Shown here: in pieces, positions 26,681 to 41,878 of the stretch
Layout: each line of letters opens with the position of its first letter
How positions within the stretch are numbered: the stretch's first letter is position 1
Source of the DNA: Octopus vulgaris
Taxonomy: Eukaryota
DNA length: 64,000 nucleotides
Direction: 5' to 3'
Assembly: GCA_951406725.2 (NCBI GenBank)
Contig: OX597828.1
Location: forward strand, 42,284,001-42,348,000
Notes under the pieces: model-generated
Database searches by the model: none
The model's input: only the letters and a program-made list of their open reading frames with translations
What the model was told of the DNA's origin: nothing
Program-made: the position numbers and the translations under genes

Positions 26681-26685
<5 letters not shown>
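26346..26685 (+). mobile_element. TA-flanked Penelope-like insert
   Basis: Long (TA)n on both sides; hammerhead near the 5' end; T-rich tail. Confidence 0.6.
26404..26456 (+). ncRNA. Type I hammerhead ribozyme motif
   Basis: TATCa-CTGACGA-AGGG..GGTTC ttac GAACT..CCCT-GAAA-TCGG-TC-cGATA; canonical core, GUC triplet. Confidence 0.7.
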
Positions 26686-26718
<33 letters not shown>

Positions 26719-26723
<5 letters not shown>

Positions 26724-27204
26724 CCCGGCGTTGCTCGGGTTTGTAAGGGAAATAACTATATAAGCATTTTTAGAGAGTTACTTCCCTTATAAATTCGGGC
26801 TTTCTTAGCCATTTTTGTTTTGGTGTCTTCAAGCCATGAAGTCGTTGTTCTAAAGAACGCTGGTTTCCTTCACAACGCATTACGACGTTGATTTCTTTAC
26901 ACTCCCTTCCCCACAGCTTCACGAGGGAGGGAAGGGGGAGAAGCAAACAGGTGCAGCTGTGAGCGTGGACGCCAACTCCGCCGCCATCGACATACGATGC
27001 ATTTTATGCATTAAAATGGAATTAAAAATTATGTTAAATTATTTTTAACATCGTAGACTCATCGTTGACGCGCGCTAATAGTCAGACGAGCTCGATATGA
27101 ATCACGACTATAAGATACCCGAATTTGGTTAAACTGCACCGCAAAATGTGGGAGGAGTTAGGAATCTAAATCGAAGGGGACAGACACTCACACAACTAGA
27201 GATA

Positions 27205-27205
<1 letters not shown>
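26719..27205 (-). mobile_element. Non-autonomous Helitron-like element
   Basis: Minus-strand 3' GC hairpin CCCGAGCAACGCCGGG at the left end; GTGTGAGTGTCTGTC near the 5' end; terminal CTAG not seen. Confidence 0.5.
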
Positions 27206-27265
<60 letters not shown>

Positions 27266-27319
27266 TTTCTCCCACTTTCTTAACGATCCTGGAATCAAAC
27301 GAGCATGATGAGTATATAT

Positions 27320-27330
27320 TACTGCTACTG

Positions 27331-27408
<78 letters not shown>

Positions 27409-27435
27409 ATACTACTACTGCTACTACTATTACTG
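27320..27435. repeat. (CTA)n microsatellite
   Basis: Direct. Confidence 0.95.
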
Positions 27436-27779
27436 TATGTATGACAAATGTATGTGAATCTATGTATAAGCTCACGCCCATTATCTCAGCAGAAACGCAC
27501 AGACACATACATGTATAAGCATTTATATTTATATATATGTGTGTACGTGTGTATATGAATATGTTTATGTAAGTGAATTAATGTACGTGTATATGTCTGC
27601 CTGCATGTGTCTGTATGCAAGTGCTCCATCGCTATCACAACTCGTCTTGTTAAGGCCCATAATGTCACAACTTTGAGAAACAAAGAAACATATAAGTTTG
27701 AATTCGTTTCTGTATTGTCAATTTAGCTTGCCGACATCTTAAACATCATTTTACAGTGCCCACTGATACATATATACAT

Positions 27780-28420
27780 AGAGATGCAGGAAAAGCAGTA
27801 AAAATGTTACAACCGATGCAAACTTTGTGGAGTTAACATGGAAGATATCACCCACATCATAAGCAGTTGTCCGAAAATCTCGTTATAGTATTATCTACCG
27901 ATGAGACATGTTGTCGTAGCTAGGACACTCTATAATGAAATCCGTCAGAAGGATAATCCCGAAAACCAAAAATAAGAACCCTCAATATTGTAGGAGCCAT
28001 AGCCACTCATAATAAAAAGGAATACTGGTGGAATGTACCAGTGAAGAATCAATAAAATGTAAGCACAATAGACCTGATATAATGATTTGGGATTGAGAAG
28101 AGAAACTGTGCACAGTTGTGGAAATTAGCTGCTCAGCAGATGTTAACATAAAGCTGAAGATCAGTGAAAAAGAGAACACCTATGCTGAACTATTGAGAAA
28201 TCTGCAGTTACTCTATCCAGATTATAAGTTCAGGCTTATACTTGTAATTACTGGAGTCCTGGGATATGTAACACACTGCCTAAATAACAATCTTGAGAAA
28301 TTAGGCTTCTCAAAACCAGAAAGGAGAAAGCTAATTCGAAGACTACAGAGGCACTCCATCACTGGAACTGTAAAACTCTGTAAAACTTTCCAGAAGTTTA
28401 TCCTTTAAATATATATGAGC
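27780..28420 (+). mobile_element. R4/Dong-like RLE LINE 3' fragment
   Basis: CKLCG..EDITHIISSC zinc knuckle, RH, HNRPDIMIW..VEISC..K..K..Y restriction-like endonuclease; stops. Confidence 0.85.
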
Positions 28421-28608
28421 ATGCATACATACATACATACATACATACATACATACATACATACATACATACATACATACATGCATGCATACATACATAC
28501 ATACATGATAATGTACATAAATAAACACATACGTGCCTATATACATTCATATATACGTGCAAGCATAGAAATCATACAGAAAACACACACGCGTGTGTAG
28601 ATATATGC

Positions 28609-28645
<37 letters not shown>

Positions 28646-28818
28646 CGTGTGTGTGTGTGTGTGTTTATATATATATATATATACATGTATGTACGTATTT
28701 ATTGAATATATATATGTATATATATATATATATGGATATCTGTATGTATATATTTATATATATGTATTTATACACTCGCACACACACACACAAACACACA
28801 CAAACACACAAACACACA

Positions 28819-28863
<45 letters not shown>

Positions 28864-29361
28864 GCAGGCAGACAGACGGACAGGCACATACATATATGGC
28901 GCTCATACTGTTGCCGTCTCCATTACATTCTACCATTACGCCATGTTTCCGTTTCGCTGCGACTCTTTAATGATATCTCTTAATTTTCATTGATGCTCAA
29001 ATAATTATTGAGATTTCTGCTAATTTCTTAAGTATTTCCAGATTTCCTTTGAAGCAATTCCGTTAAATTGACTGCAGAAACGAAAAGCAGAATCTAGAAA
29101 GATCTTTCTATGAGTTGAGAGCTAATGTGTGTGAAATTTGATCGTTGACGGTAAGGTTACCTAACACAATTACGTTACCCAGTTATAGGGCTTTTTAAAA
29201 TTTTTTTTCTCCTTTGCTTTGTGACTTTACTTCGTCAGATATTTATGTGTGTATGTTTGTACACACACACACACACACGCACATACATACATACCCGCAC
29301 ATACTTACACATAGTTGTACGTAGGTAGGTACGCGTATGCTTCTATAATTGTACACAAGTG

Positions 29362-29395
<34 letters not shown>

Positions 29396-29789
29396 TGTGT
29401 ATTTGGTTGTATGTATATGTATGTATATATATATGTATATATATATATATAAATATATATCTTGGTATACGTGTATATACACTTATATGTATGAGCATAT
29501 GTATATATATATATATATATACATATATATACACATCATACAGACGAGCACATATATACATATGCACATACATAATGTATATTCATAAAAAATACACATA
29601 CATACATGTACTTTTATATATATATATATATATATATACATGGTACATGTATATATGTACCCATATACATAACTGCGCATGTGCATTTGTATATATACCC
29701 AAGTATACATCTTACCTTAATTGAAATGACTAATCTTCTGTCATGTTCTCGAATACGCTTGGCTGCCTCTAATTAAAGCCAGCCTCCCG

Positions 29790-29815
29790 CTACCACCGCC
29801 ACCACCACCACCACC

Positions 29816-29879
<64 letters not shown>

Positions 29880-30385
29880 GCAGCAGCAACAACACAGTTC
29901 TCTTCACCTCATGTACTACCATCACTACAGCCATTCAGAAAACAATCACTAACACTACGATCAATTCTAACAACTGCAACAAGAACAACAGCAAGAACAA
30001 TCTTCGTCTCCACCATCGTCATCATCTCCGATAACAGCTACACCGTCAATAAGTGCAGCAGCAGCAGCAGCAGCAGCAGTAGCAACAGCAGCAGTACCAC
30101 CACCACCACCACCAATGGCTCCACTGCCACCAAGTACAACACCATCCAGAACACCACCAACAACTTCGACACCACCACTGATAAAAACCATTATCACCTC
30201 CACCACCGTCAACATCACGACCACCACCACCATCACCACCACCACCACCACCACCACCAAAGATGCCATCATAACCCCTTCCCCAAGAACTGCAACGCCA
30301 TCGACATCACTGACACTTCAGTGTTATCAACAACAACACTCATAATAAGAATACTAACAACAAAAACAACATCGATACCAGTTCC

Positions 30386-30468
<83 letters not shown>

Positions 30469-31400
30469 TAATAATTTCAAATTTTAGCAAAAGGCCAGAA
30501 ATTTCTGGGGGAGGGGTAAGTCGATTTCGTCGACCCCAGGACTCAACAGACACTTATTTTATCGACCCCGAATGGATGAAAGACAAAGTCGATCTCGGCG
30601 GAATTTGACCCCAAAATGTAAAGACGGACGGAATGCCGCTTACGATTCTGCCAGCTCGCCGCCTTAATAATAATAATAATAACAACAACAACAACAACAA
30701 CAACAAAAACAACAACAACAACAACAACAACAACAGCAGTAGCGACAACACCGCCGTATTTGACGACCACAACAATTACATCACTTTCAATGCCAACAAC
30801 ACTACCAACTACACCACCACCACCACGACCACCACCACCACCACCACCACCACCACCACTACTATCAACAACAACAACAAGAAAAACACCAACACAATTA
30901 TCACCACCACAGCCAATACCAAATTCATCACAATCACCACCAGTAGTAACAACAATAGCAACACCAACACTGCTGTCACCACCACCACCTACACCAATAT
31001 TACCACCACCACCACCACAACAACAACAACAAAAACCAACATATTTATCGCCACCACCACCAACACCACTAACACAGTCGCCACTAGTGCCACCTATATC
31101 GCTAAGAACAACAATAACAACAGAAGCATCAACGCAACTACCACCACACACCACCACCACTACCACTAACACCAGCACCACCACCACCACCAACAACAAC
31201 AACAATAACAACAACACAAGTACCAGCAACACTAACATCCCCCAGCATCACCAACACCACCAACACCAATACTACCATTAATACCTACACCCCAACGCTA
31301 ATTACATTCGCCACACTAACACCGCCACCGCCACCATCAGACACTAACACAACCACCGCCACCAATACCAACAACACCATCATAGCAACCCTCCTTAATA
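29790..31400. repeat. Cryptic (ACC/AAC/AGC/AAT)n trinucleotide low-complexity block
   Basis: Direct; contains a SINE. Confidence 0.85.
30480..30664 (-). mobile_element. SINE family B
   Basis: AAAGTCGATCTCGGCGGAATTTGA...GATTCTGCCAGCTCGCCGCC. Confidence 0.8.
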
Positions 31401-31849
31401 CTAATGGCAAACAGATCGCATCCAAAAACAGCACCTTGTCACAGAATTCTGCTCAAATAATTCGGAAAATGTAGTGACGTGATTCCTATCGAATGTATAC
31501 AAAAATATAACGTTTTTTTTTTTCTTTATTATTATCTACAAACTACACAACCAGAAACAACGCTTTTTCCTAGAAAACATATTGGAAATCAATAACGATT
31601 AAATGTGATCCATACTAATACAATTTCACAAGGTTTTGATCAATCCTTCGTTAACAACACACACAAAACAAAATACATTTGAGAGAGAGAGGGGTGGGTG
31701 GGGGAGAAGAGGGAAAAAGTTTGATGTTCCCGAGAAAGTTTGAATTATCATGGCGTGAGGGGAATGTTAAAATTTATTATATTGATTTCATTGACAGTCA
31801 AAAATATCTATAGTTATATTTTGTGTTGTGTGTGAATGTGTATATATCT

Positions 31850-31937
<88 letters not shown>

Positions 31938-32184
31938 GTGTATACATATTTATATGTATATCTATATTTATATCAATGATAAATATCAAAGTGAGTTATA
32001 TACAGTAGCGGTAACACATCGTGACGTATATTTGCCATCTCAATATGGCTACCCCTAAGGGTGGATGCTACTGTAGTTTTTAGCCCCAGGAGGACACACT
32101 CCTCCAGCTGGCCATAGACACACTTTCTGTGTCCTGTCAGTATTTGCAAAGGGAAGTCATCCTTCCCGTCTTCAACTTATGATA

Positions 32185-32229
32185 CACACGGACTCGAGTT
32201 TCGAGGTATTGACCTCTCGTCAGCGTGTG
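32185..32229 (-). ncRNA. Type I hammerhead ribozyme, intact
   Basis: Reverse complement CACACG-CTGACGA-GAGGT caat ACCTC-GAAA-CTCGAG-TC-CGTGTG. Confidence 0.88.
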
Positions 32230-32334
32230 ACAATCATAGTTGATTTCACTTTTTCAATATCAGCGACAGTGGACGCTGGAAAAAGTATAAGTATTTGTGA
32301 AGGAAATCTAATTCTCGCCGACAACTATGATTGT

Positions 32335-32379
32335 CACACGCTGACGAGAGGTCAATACCTCGAAACTCGAGTCCGTGTG
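32335..32379 (+). ncRNA. Type I hammerhead ribozyme, intact
   Basis: CACACG-CTGACGA-GAGGT caat ACCTC-GAAA-CTCGAG-TC-CGTGTG; predicted cleavage after C32373. Confidence 0.88.
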
Positions 32380-32555
32380 TATCATAAGTTGAAGACGGGA
32401 AGGATGACTTCCCTTTGCAAATACTGACAGGACACAGAAAGTGTGTCTATGGCCAGCTGGAGGAGTGTGTCCTCCTGGGGCTAAAAACTACAGTAGCATC
32501 CACCCTTAGGGGTAGCCATATTGAGATGGCAAATATACGTCACTATATTTATATC

Positions 32556-32586
<31 letters not shown>

Positions 32587-32589
32587 ATA

Positions 32590-32633
<44 letters not shown>

Positions 32634-32679
32634 CATGAGGAATTCATATTCTCGAAATAACCTCAATCTCTCTCTCTCG

Positions 32680-32718
<39 letters not shown>

Positions 32719-32782
32719 TACATGCATATACACACATCTATATACATATATGTATACACATGTATATATATATAAATTTATG

Positions 32783-32814
<32 letters not shown>

Positions 32815-32892
32815 CATATATACATGCATATACACATATCTATATACATATATGTATATATATGTATACACATGTATATATATAAATGTATG

Positions 32893-32937
<45 letters not shown>

Positions 32938-32940
<3 letters not shown>

Positions 32941-33361
32941 TATATATATATGTACACACACATACACGCACACACGCACATACATTCATATATGATGACA
33001 CCCACCACATATTTGATAGTAATACATCTGTATATCATTGGATTTAAGTGAAAAACTACTGTACAACACTTCTGTTACTCTTTCGGTCGCCATATTGGAT
33101 TCCAGTGACAAGCAATGCAAGATGACCGGCACTGTCTCGACTGCAACTTTTACGGAAGAGTATCTTTCTCCTGTAGAAGAGCTGCCATCTCTCACAGCAT
33201 TGTCAGGAGCCTTTGCTACCCCTTGGGATATCTATTAACCCATGAATGGGTCGGTGACAGGTAAGTACACACGCATACATATGTGTGTGTGTATATATGT
33301 ATATAGGTGTATATATATATACGCATATATATGTGTGTGTGTATGTATATATATGTATATA

Positions 33362-33448
<87 letters not shown>

Positions 33449-33630
33449 AAACGGAAACCAACAAAACATCACATGCGAAAAGAAAGACGACAACACGACA
33501 AACAGCAAACAGGGCCAAAACAAGATACACGGACCATTCGCAGCCGATTTCCTCATCAGTCGGAATCTAGGAAGTCGTTGCGGTTTCGCCCCCTTATCTC
33601 CGATATATATACCTTACAACTTTATTTTGT

Positions 33631-33683
<53 letters not shown>

Positions 33684-34102
33684 TATATATATATGTACAC
33701 ACACATACACGCACACACGCACATACATTCATATATGATGACACCCACCACATATTTGATAGTAATACATCTGTATATCATTGGATTTAAGTGAAAAACT
33801 ACTGTACAACACTTCTGTTACTCTTTCGGTCGCCATATTGGATTCCAGTGACAAGCAATGCAAGATGACCGGCACTGTCTCGACTGCTACTTTTACGGAA
33901 GAGTATCTTTCTCCTAGAAGAGCTGCCATCTCTCACAGCATTGTCAGGAGCCTTTGCTACCCCTTGGGATATCTATTAACCCATGAATGGGTCGGTGACA
34001 GGTAAGTACACACGCATACATATGTGTGTGTGTGTATATATGTATATAGGTGTATATATATATACGCATATATATGTGTGTGTGTATATATGTATATATA
34101 TG

Positions 34103-34181
<79 letters not shown>

Positions 34182-34361
34182 AAACGGAAACCAACAAAAC
34201 ATCACATGCGAAAAGAAAGACGACAACACGACAAACAGCAAACAGGGCCAAAACAAGATACATGGACCATTCGCAGCCGATTTCCTCATCAGTCGGAATC
34301 TAGGAAGTCGTTGCGGTTTCGCCCCTTATCTCCGATATATATACCTTACAACTTTATTTTG

Positions 34362-34363
<2 letters not shown>
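32938..34363. repeat. Tandem duplication, about 743-bp unit x2
   Basis: 32990-33270 matches 33733-34010 and 33443-33632 matches 34176-34363 with few differences. Confidence 0.92.
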
Positions 34364-34397
<34 letters not shown>

Positions 34398-34400
<3 letters not shown>

Positions 34401-34735
34401 ACCCCCTTAGGTTATGACACAGACCATGGGATTGCAACTTGAAAGTTACCCTCCCAGGCACAAGTCCGGACAAGGTTGTTTATGGAAGACCAGCAGTCGC
34501 CCATGCATACCGGCCTCCCCTCTCCACGCCACCAGTGTTATCCAAGGGAAAGGCAAAGGGGTCGATACAGCTTGGCACCAGTGATGTCGCAACACATTTC
34601 TACAGCTAAGTGAACTGGAGCAACATGAAATAAAGTGCCTTGCTCAAGAACACAACACGCAGCCCCGTCCGGGATTCAAGCTCACAACCTCACGATCCTC
34701 AGCTCGACGCTCTAACCACTGAGCCATGGGGCTTC

Positions 34736-34736
<1 letters not shown>
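34398..34736 (-). mobile_element. tRNA-derived SINE family D
   Basis: Minus-strand head TGGCTCAGTGGTTAGAGCG..., then TCTTGAGCAAGGCACTTTATTTCA domain. Confidence 0.8.
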
Positions 34737-34806
<70 letters not shown>

Positions 34807-34957
34807 TTATTTATATACATGTATGTATATATGTATGTATATGTATATATGTATTTATATATATATTCATATGTATATATGTATTTATATATATATTCAT
34901 ATGTATATATGTATTTATATATATATTTATATGTATATATATTTGTATATATATGTA

Positions 34958-35031
<74 letters not shown>

Positions 35032-35615
35032 TGTGTGAGTGTGTCTGTGTCTGTGTGCGTGTGTGTGTGTATAGGTTATTAATTTTCAAGTTTAGATAGA
35101 AGATTTTAAAATGTAATGACAAGACCTCGTTTTGGGAATGTCCCTAATAGCGTACCTTGCGAGCATTGTCCCCACAAACGGCTACCAGGCGTCATCCATG
35201 GTGCTGCACTTTAGTAGCAGGACCTGCGTAAGAAATTGCTCGGTGCACGTTTAGTATATTTTAAATGATTGATAGGGAAGACAGAGTGCACTGACCCCTA
35301 GTGGGTTGGGAATGATATAATGGAATCGAATGCAGCAAGTCACAGTGCTGAAGAAACCTCATCAGGTTACATAATACGTTACAGTGTTATAATATCTACG
35401 TTTTGCTTATAGTGATCGAATGTACATGCTGCACACGAGTTCACCGTTCTCCATCAAATCGACATTGCCTGAATAGGTGTAATGGTGTGATGCACGTCAG
35501 GTGTCGAACTGATTGCAGTGCAACGTGCGGCGAAGCTGTTTGGCTCAAGAATTAAAACCACGACCACCTGATTGTGAGTGCAGTAGAGCAATACCCCAAC
35601 AACAAGGTCATGCAC

Positions 35616-35728
<113 letters not shown>

Positions 35729-35926
35729 TAAATATATATATGTATATATGTATATGTATATATATATATGTATATGTATATATATGTATATGTATATATG
35801 TATATGTATATACGTATATGTGTATATGTATATATGTATATGTATATATGTATATGTATATATGTATATATGTATATACGTATATGTATATATGTATATG
35901 TATATATGTATATGTATATACATATA

Positions 35927-36001
<75 letters not shown>

Positions 36002-36019
36002 ATATATATATGAGTGAGA

Positions 36020-36580
36020 CCATTACCTTCTTGGCAAGCGCAAGTGATACCATAACCTTGTGGCCTATGCCAGGGTTGTAACCAGTCCACTTATGCGTGC
36101 CTTTCCTTCATTGGACACTAAACTCTGCTTGCGAAGACCAGTTGAGGCAAGTGAAATCGAAATCGAAATCGAAATCAAACTCGGTGACTGGCATCCGTTG
36201 CTAGTGGAGCGCTAAGAGTACCATACGAGTGAGATCGTTGCCAGAGCAACAAGCTGGCCTTCGTGCCGATGGTACGTTAAAAACACCATTCGAGCGTGGT
36301 CGTTGCCAGTGCCGCTGGACTGGCTCCTGTGCAGGTGGAACGTAAAAAGTGCCATTTGAGCGTGGTCGTTGCCAGTACCACCTAACTGGCACTCGTGCCG
36401 GTGGCACGTAAAAGCACCCACTACACTCTCGGAGTGGTTGGCTTTAGGAAAGGCATCCAGCTGTAGAAACTCTGCCAGATCAGATTAGAGTCTGGTTCGC
36501 CAGACCTCAGTCAAATCGTCCAACCCATGCTAGCATGGAAAGCGGACGTTAAACGATGATGATGAGGATGATGATGATGA
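36020..36580 (+). mobile_element. Retroposon 3' UTR (RTE-like) with about 64-bp internal repeats and (GAT)n tail
   Basis: GTCGTTGCCAG..GGCACGTAAAAGCACC repeats; GGACGTTAAACGATGATGATG end; clade is inference. Confidence 0.6.
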
Positions 36581-36695
36581 TATTTACACACATATATGTG
36601 TGTCTATGTGTGTGTGTGTTTGTGTGTATATATGTACATCTATGTATGTATGGTCACTCTCTCTCTCTCTCTTCCTCTCGCTATATATATATATG

Positions 36696-36730
<35 letters not shown>

Positions 36731-36764
36731 GTGTAAATACATATATGTATCGTACTCAGGAGAG

Positions 36765-36815
36765 CTGTAGTAGCAGTAGTACTGCTGCTGCTGCTGCTAG
36801 TAGTAGTAGTAGTAG

Positions 36816-36860
<45 letters not shown>

Positions 36861-37770
36861 ATGTCTAATACGCTCTAATCCCATCGCTTTCATTAAACAC
36901 CGATTCAGGTATATCAGATTGACGGAATTAATTCCCTCCGCCTCCTCTCTCTCTCTCCACATCCAGGCACCTCTTTCACCGCCATCACCTCCTCCTCTCC
37001 TCCCCAGTCAATGTCAATCAAGACAACGTCCACCACCACCATCTCTACCACCACCACCACCACCACCATCCTCTCCACTTCTACGGCTACATCTTTCAGC
37101 ATCACCATCAGTTTAATTAGTATTATAGCCAACTTCTTCATCAACATCGTCGCCGTCATCGCCAATATGCGGCACATCATCAGCTCTGGCACACTCGGCT
37201 CTCCTACCATCACCACTACCACCACCATTAGATCAGCATCACCACCATTACCATCACTACCACCACTACCACCACTATCACCACTATCACCACTTTCACC
37301 ACCATCACCACTGTCAATACCATCACCACCACTATCACCACCACAATCACTACCAACTCCACCACCACCACCACAGTCCCATCCGTTAGTTTTACCTCCA
37401 CCCCTATCCATGTGCCACAACCAAGGTCACTACCGTCTCGGTTGTCACCTCAACCACCACCACCAGCACTATAACAACCACCCGCTATCCGAACCATCAT
37501 TGGCAGCACCAGCACCAGCAGCACCAGCAGCACCAGCAGCACCACCACTACCACCACTACCTTCACAACCAACATCACAGCCCTCTCAGTTGTCACCACC
37601 ACCATCATCACCACCACGACCACCACCACTGCCGCCGCCGCTACTACTTTCGTCATCATCGTCATTACCACCACCACCACCACCACCACCACCACCGCCG
37701 CCGATCGCCCATCACCTATAAATACCTGTATGTCTTCCTCCTTGACAACCACCACCATCACCACACACGA
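36765..37770. repeat. Low-complexity (ACC/ATC/CTA)n block
   Basis: Direct. Confidence 0.85.
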
Positions 37771-37786
37771 CTAACTTTTCTCACAT

Positions 37787-38017
37787 ACCTATTTCTTTAT
37801 TACCCACAAGGGGTTAAACACAGAGGGAACAAACAAGGACAGACATAGGTATTAAGTCGATTACATCGACCCCAGTGCGTAACTGGTACTTAATTTATCG
37901 ACCCCGAAAGGATGAAAGGCAAAGTCGACCTCGGCGGAATTTGAACTCACAACGTAACGCAGACGAAATACCGTTAAGCATTTCGCCCGGCGTGCTAACG
38001 TTTCTGCCAGCTCGCCC
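37787..38017 (-). mobile_element. SINE family B
   Basis: Young full monomer. Confidence 0.9.
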
Positions 38018-38249
38018 ACCAATATCATCCACCACCGGCCTCCCCTACCATCTTACTTCCTACAAACATCTATTGTCTCCAGCAGTAATTCGGCCCCCAA
38101 TAATTCACGACTAATTCCATCCGTCCTCCTTCACCTAAAACAGATTATCTGCAGATAGGTTCTTTTGTTAGGTGCGAACTCGCCGCATGGTAATCCGCTC
38201 ATTGTCCAACGCCATCCGTTGAAGGCAACATCATCTCCTACTTTTAAAT

Positions 38250-38713
38250 ATATTTCTTTATTGCTCACAAGGAGCTAAACATAGAGGGGACAAACAAGGA
38301 CAGACGAACGGATTAAGTAGATTCTATCGACCCCAGTACGTAACTGGTACTTAATTTATCGACCCCGGGACTTATTCTTTGTAAGCCCAGTACTTATTCT
38401 ATCGGTCTCTTTTGCCGAACCACTAAGTGACGGGGACATAAACACACCAGCATCGGTTGTCAAGCAATGCTAGGGGGACAAATACAGACACACAAACACA
38501 CACACACACACATACACACATATGTATACATATATACGACAGGCTTCTTTCAGTTTCCGTCTACCAAATCCACTCACAAGGCATTGGTCGGCCCGGGGCT
38601 ATAGCAGAAGACACTTGCCCAAAACACTTGCCCAAGATGCCACGCTGTGGGACTGAACCCGGAACCATGTGGTTGGTTAGCAAGCTACTTACCACACAGC
38701 CACTCTTGCGCCT
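38250..38713 (-). mobile_element. Chimeric SINE: family A 5' part plus family B 3' part
   Basis: Switch at shared ATCGACCCC around 38358-38366. Confidence 0.8.
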
Positions 38714-38887
38714 ATATATTCTCTTTTTCTCTTTTACTCTCTTTTACTTATTTCAGTCATTTGACTGTGGCCATGCTGGAACACCACCTTTAGTCGAGCA
38801 AATCGACCCCAGGACTTATACTTTATAAGCCTATGTGTGTGTGTGTTTTTTTCTGTTTGTGTTTGTCCTCCATCCCCACCATCGCTT

Positions 38888-39640
<753 letters not shown>

Positions 39641-39662
39641 GTTATTATTATTATTATTATTC

Positions 39663-39693
<31 letters not shown>

Positions 39694-39700
39694 ATATTGG

Positions 39701-39731
<31 letters not shown>

Positions 39732-39949
39732 TCTTTTATTCTTTTATTTGTTTCAGTCATTTGACTGCGGCCATGATGGATCACCACCTTTAGTCGAGCA
39801 AATTTACCGCAGAACTTATTCTTTGTAAGCCTAGTACTTGTTCTATCGGTCTCTTTTGTCGAACTGCTAGATTACTGGACGTAAACACACTGGTATCGGT
39901 TGTCAAGCAATGTTGGGGGAACGAAGACAGACAGACAGACAGACAGACA

Positions 39950-39993
<44 letters not shown>

Positions 39994-40107
39994 CATATAT
40001 CTATGATGGTCTTCTTTCAGTTACCAAATCTACACACAAGATCTTGGTCGTCCTGAGGCTATAGTAGAAAGCACTTACCGAAGGTTCCACGCAGTGGGAC
40101 TGAACCC
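39732..40107 (-). mobile_element. SINE family A
   Basis: Body and tail match. Confidence 0.85.
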
Positions 40108-40117
40108 AGAGCGAGGG

Positions 40118-40475
<358 letters not shown>

Positions 40476-41254
40476 AAGTAGATACCTTTACTTTAGCTAA
40501 AGAGAATTCAAAACCCAAATGCGTAACTGAAGAATATTTACAGACACAATAAACAATACGTGTTAAATTATAAGTAAACAAAATCATTGCAAGAACTGAT
40601 AAACTTAAGCCTGCCCCAATAATTCTGTCGACAGATAAAATTTATTTAAATGTATAGAATATCTGAGTCTGAAATGTAATGGTAGTTTGCTTTGGAGAAA
40701 CAAAACGAAAGTTATCTTAATAAACACCTAAGTATTATCAAAAGAAAAAAAAAACGTAATTTACAATTTTACTGCCCTGGAGATCGTTGTAAACATCATG
40801 CAAACATATCAACCGCTGTAGTTTATCGGAACAAACGTGTTGTTCGCAACTGTTCATAAGTAATACACTGTTTTGAAAGTGTATAATTAATAATTACTAG
40901 ACTATATCATATGACCTGATGTGATAACTTTGTAAGGACCCATTGTGTTGTAAATTGTAAATTTATCTTCCATATTCTCCAGTCGGCTGCTTTATTTTAA
41001 CAGATAATAAATAAGATGGAAGAAAACATGTTGATTGTCTGTAAAGTAGATAAGCGGATATGATGAGTTAAATGAAGATACGAACGGCTAACGGGTGGCT
41101 ATTAATATTTTAACTAGCTTTTTACGAAATGACCGAAACGGTAGAGCGCAGAATCTTGAGAGAAAAATTCTGGAAAATTCAACGCTCGAACAGTGCCATG
41201 CCAGCAATACAATGTCCATAGGGATCTTTTGTGGTGCGTATACATGAATGCCTA

Positions 41255-41837
41255 CATATGTATGTATACATACGTACGTACGTACGTACATACATACTTA
41301 CATACATACGTACATACATACATACATACATACATACGTACATACATATATACGTACGTACATACATACATGCATACATACGTACGTACATACATACATG
41401 CATACATACGTACGTACATACATATATACATACATACGTACATACATATATACGTACGTACGTACATACATACATGCATACATACGTACATACATACATA
41501 TATACATACGTACGTACATACATACATACATATATACATACGTACATACATACATACGTATATACATACGTAAGTACATACATACATATATACATACGTC
41601 CATACATACATATATACATAAGTACGTACGTACGTATGTATATACATACATATATGCATACATATATACATACGTACGTACGTATGTACATACGTACGTA
41701 CATACATATCTACATAGTACATACATACGTACGTACGTGCATACATATATACGTACATACATATATACATACATACGTACGTACATACATACGTACATAC
41801 ATACATACATACATACATACATACATACATACATACA

Positions 41838-41871
<34 letters not shown>

Positions 41872-41878
41872 CATACAT
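41255..41878. repeat. Compound (TACA/TACG)n microsatellite
   Basis: Direct. Confidence 0.95.

Larger units (their letters stand above)
32021..32543. mobile_element. Perfect fold-back element: 222-bp arms, 79-bp spacer
   Basis: 32021-32242 is the reverse complement of 32322-32543; TA-rich flanks. Confidence 0.92.

Noticed and set aside
30543-31281. Pro/Thr/Gly-rich ORFs (also 36914-37764 and 55212-56346)
   Set aside because: Open in several frames on both strands because of trinucleotide low complexity; no domain or splice support
35345-35375. CTGAAGA-AACCT catc AGGTT hairpin
   Set aside because: Not followed by GAAA and no stem I/III
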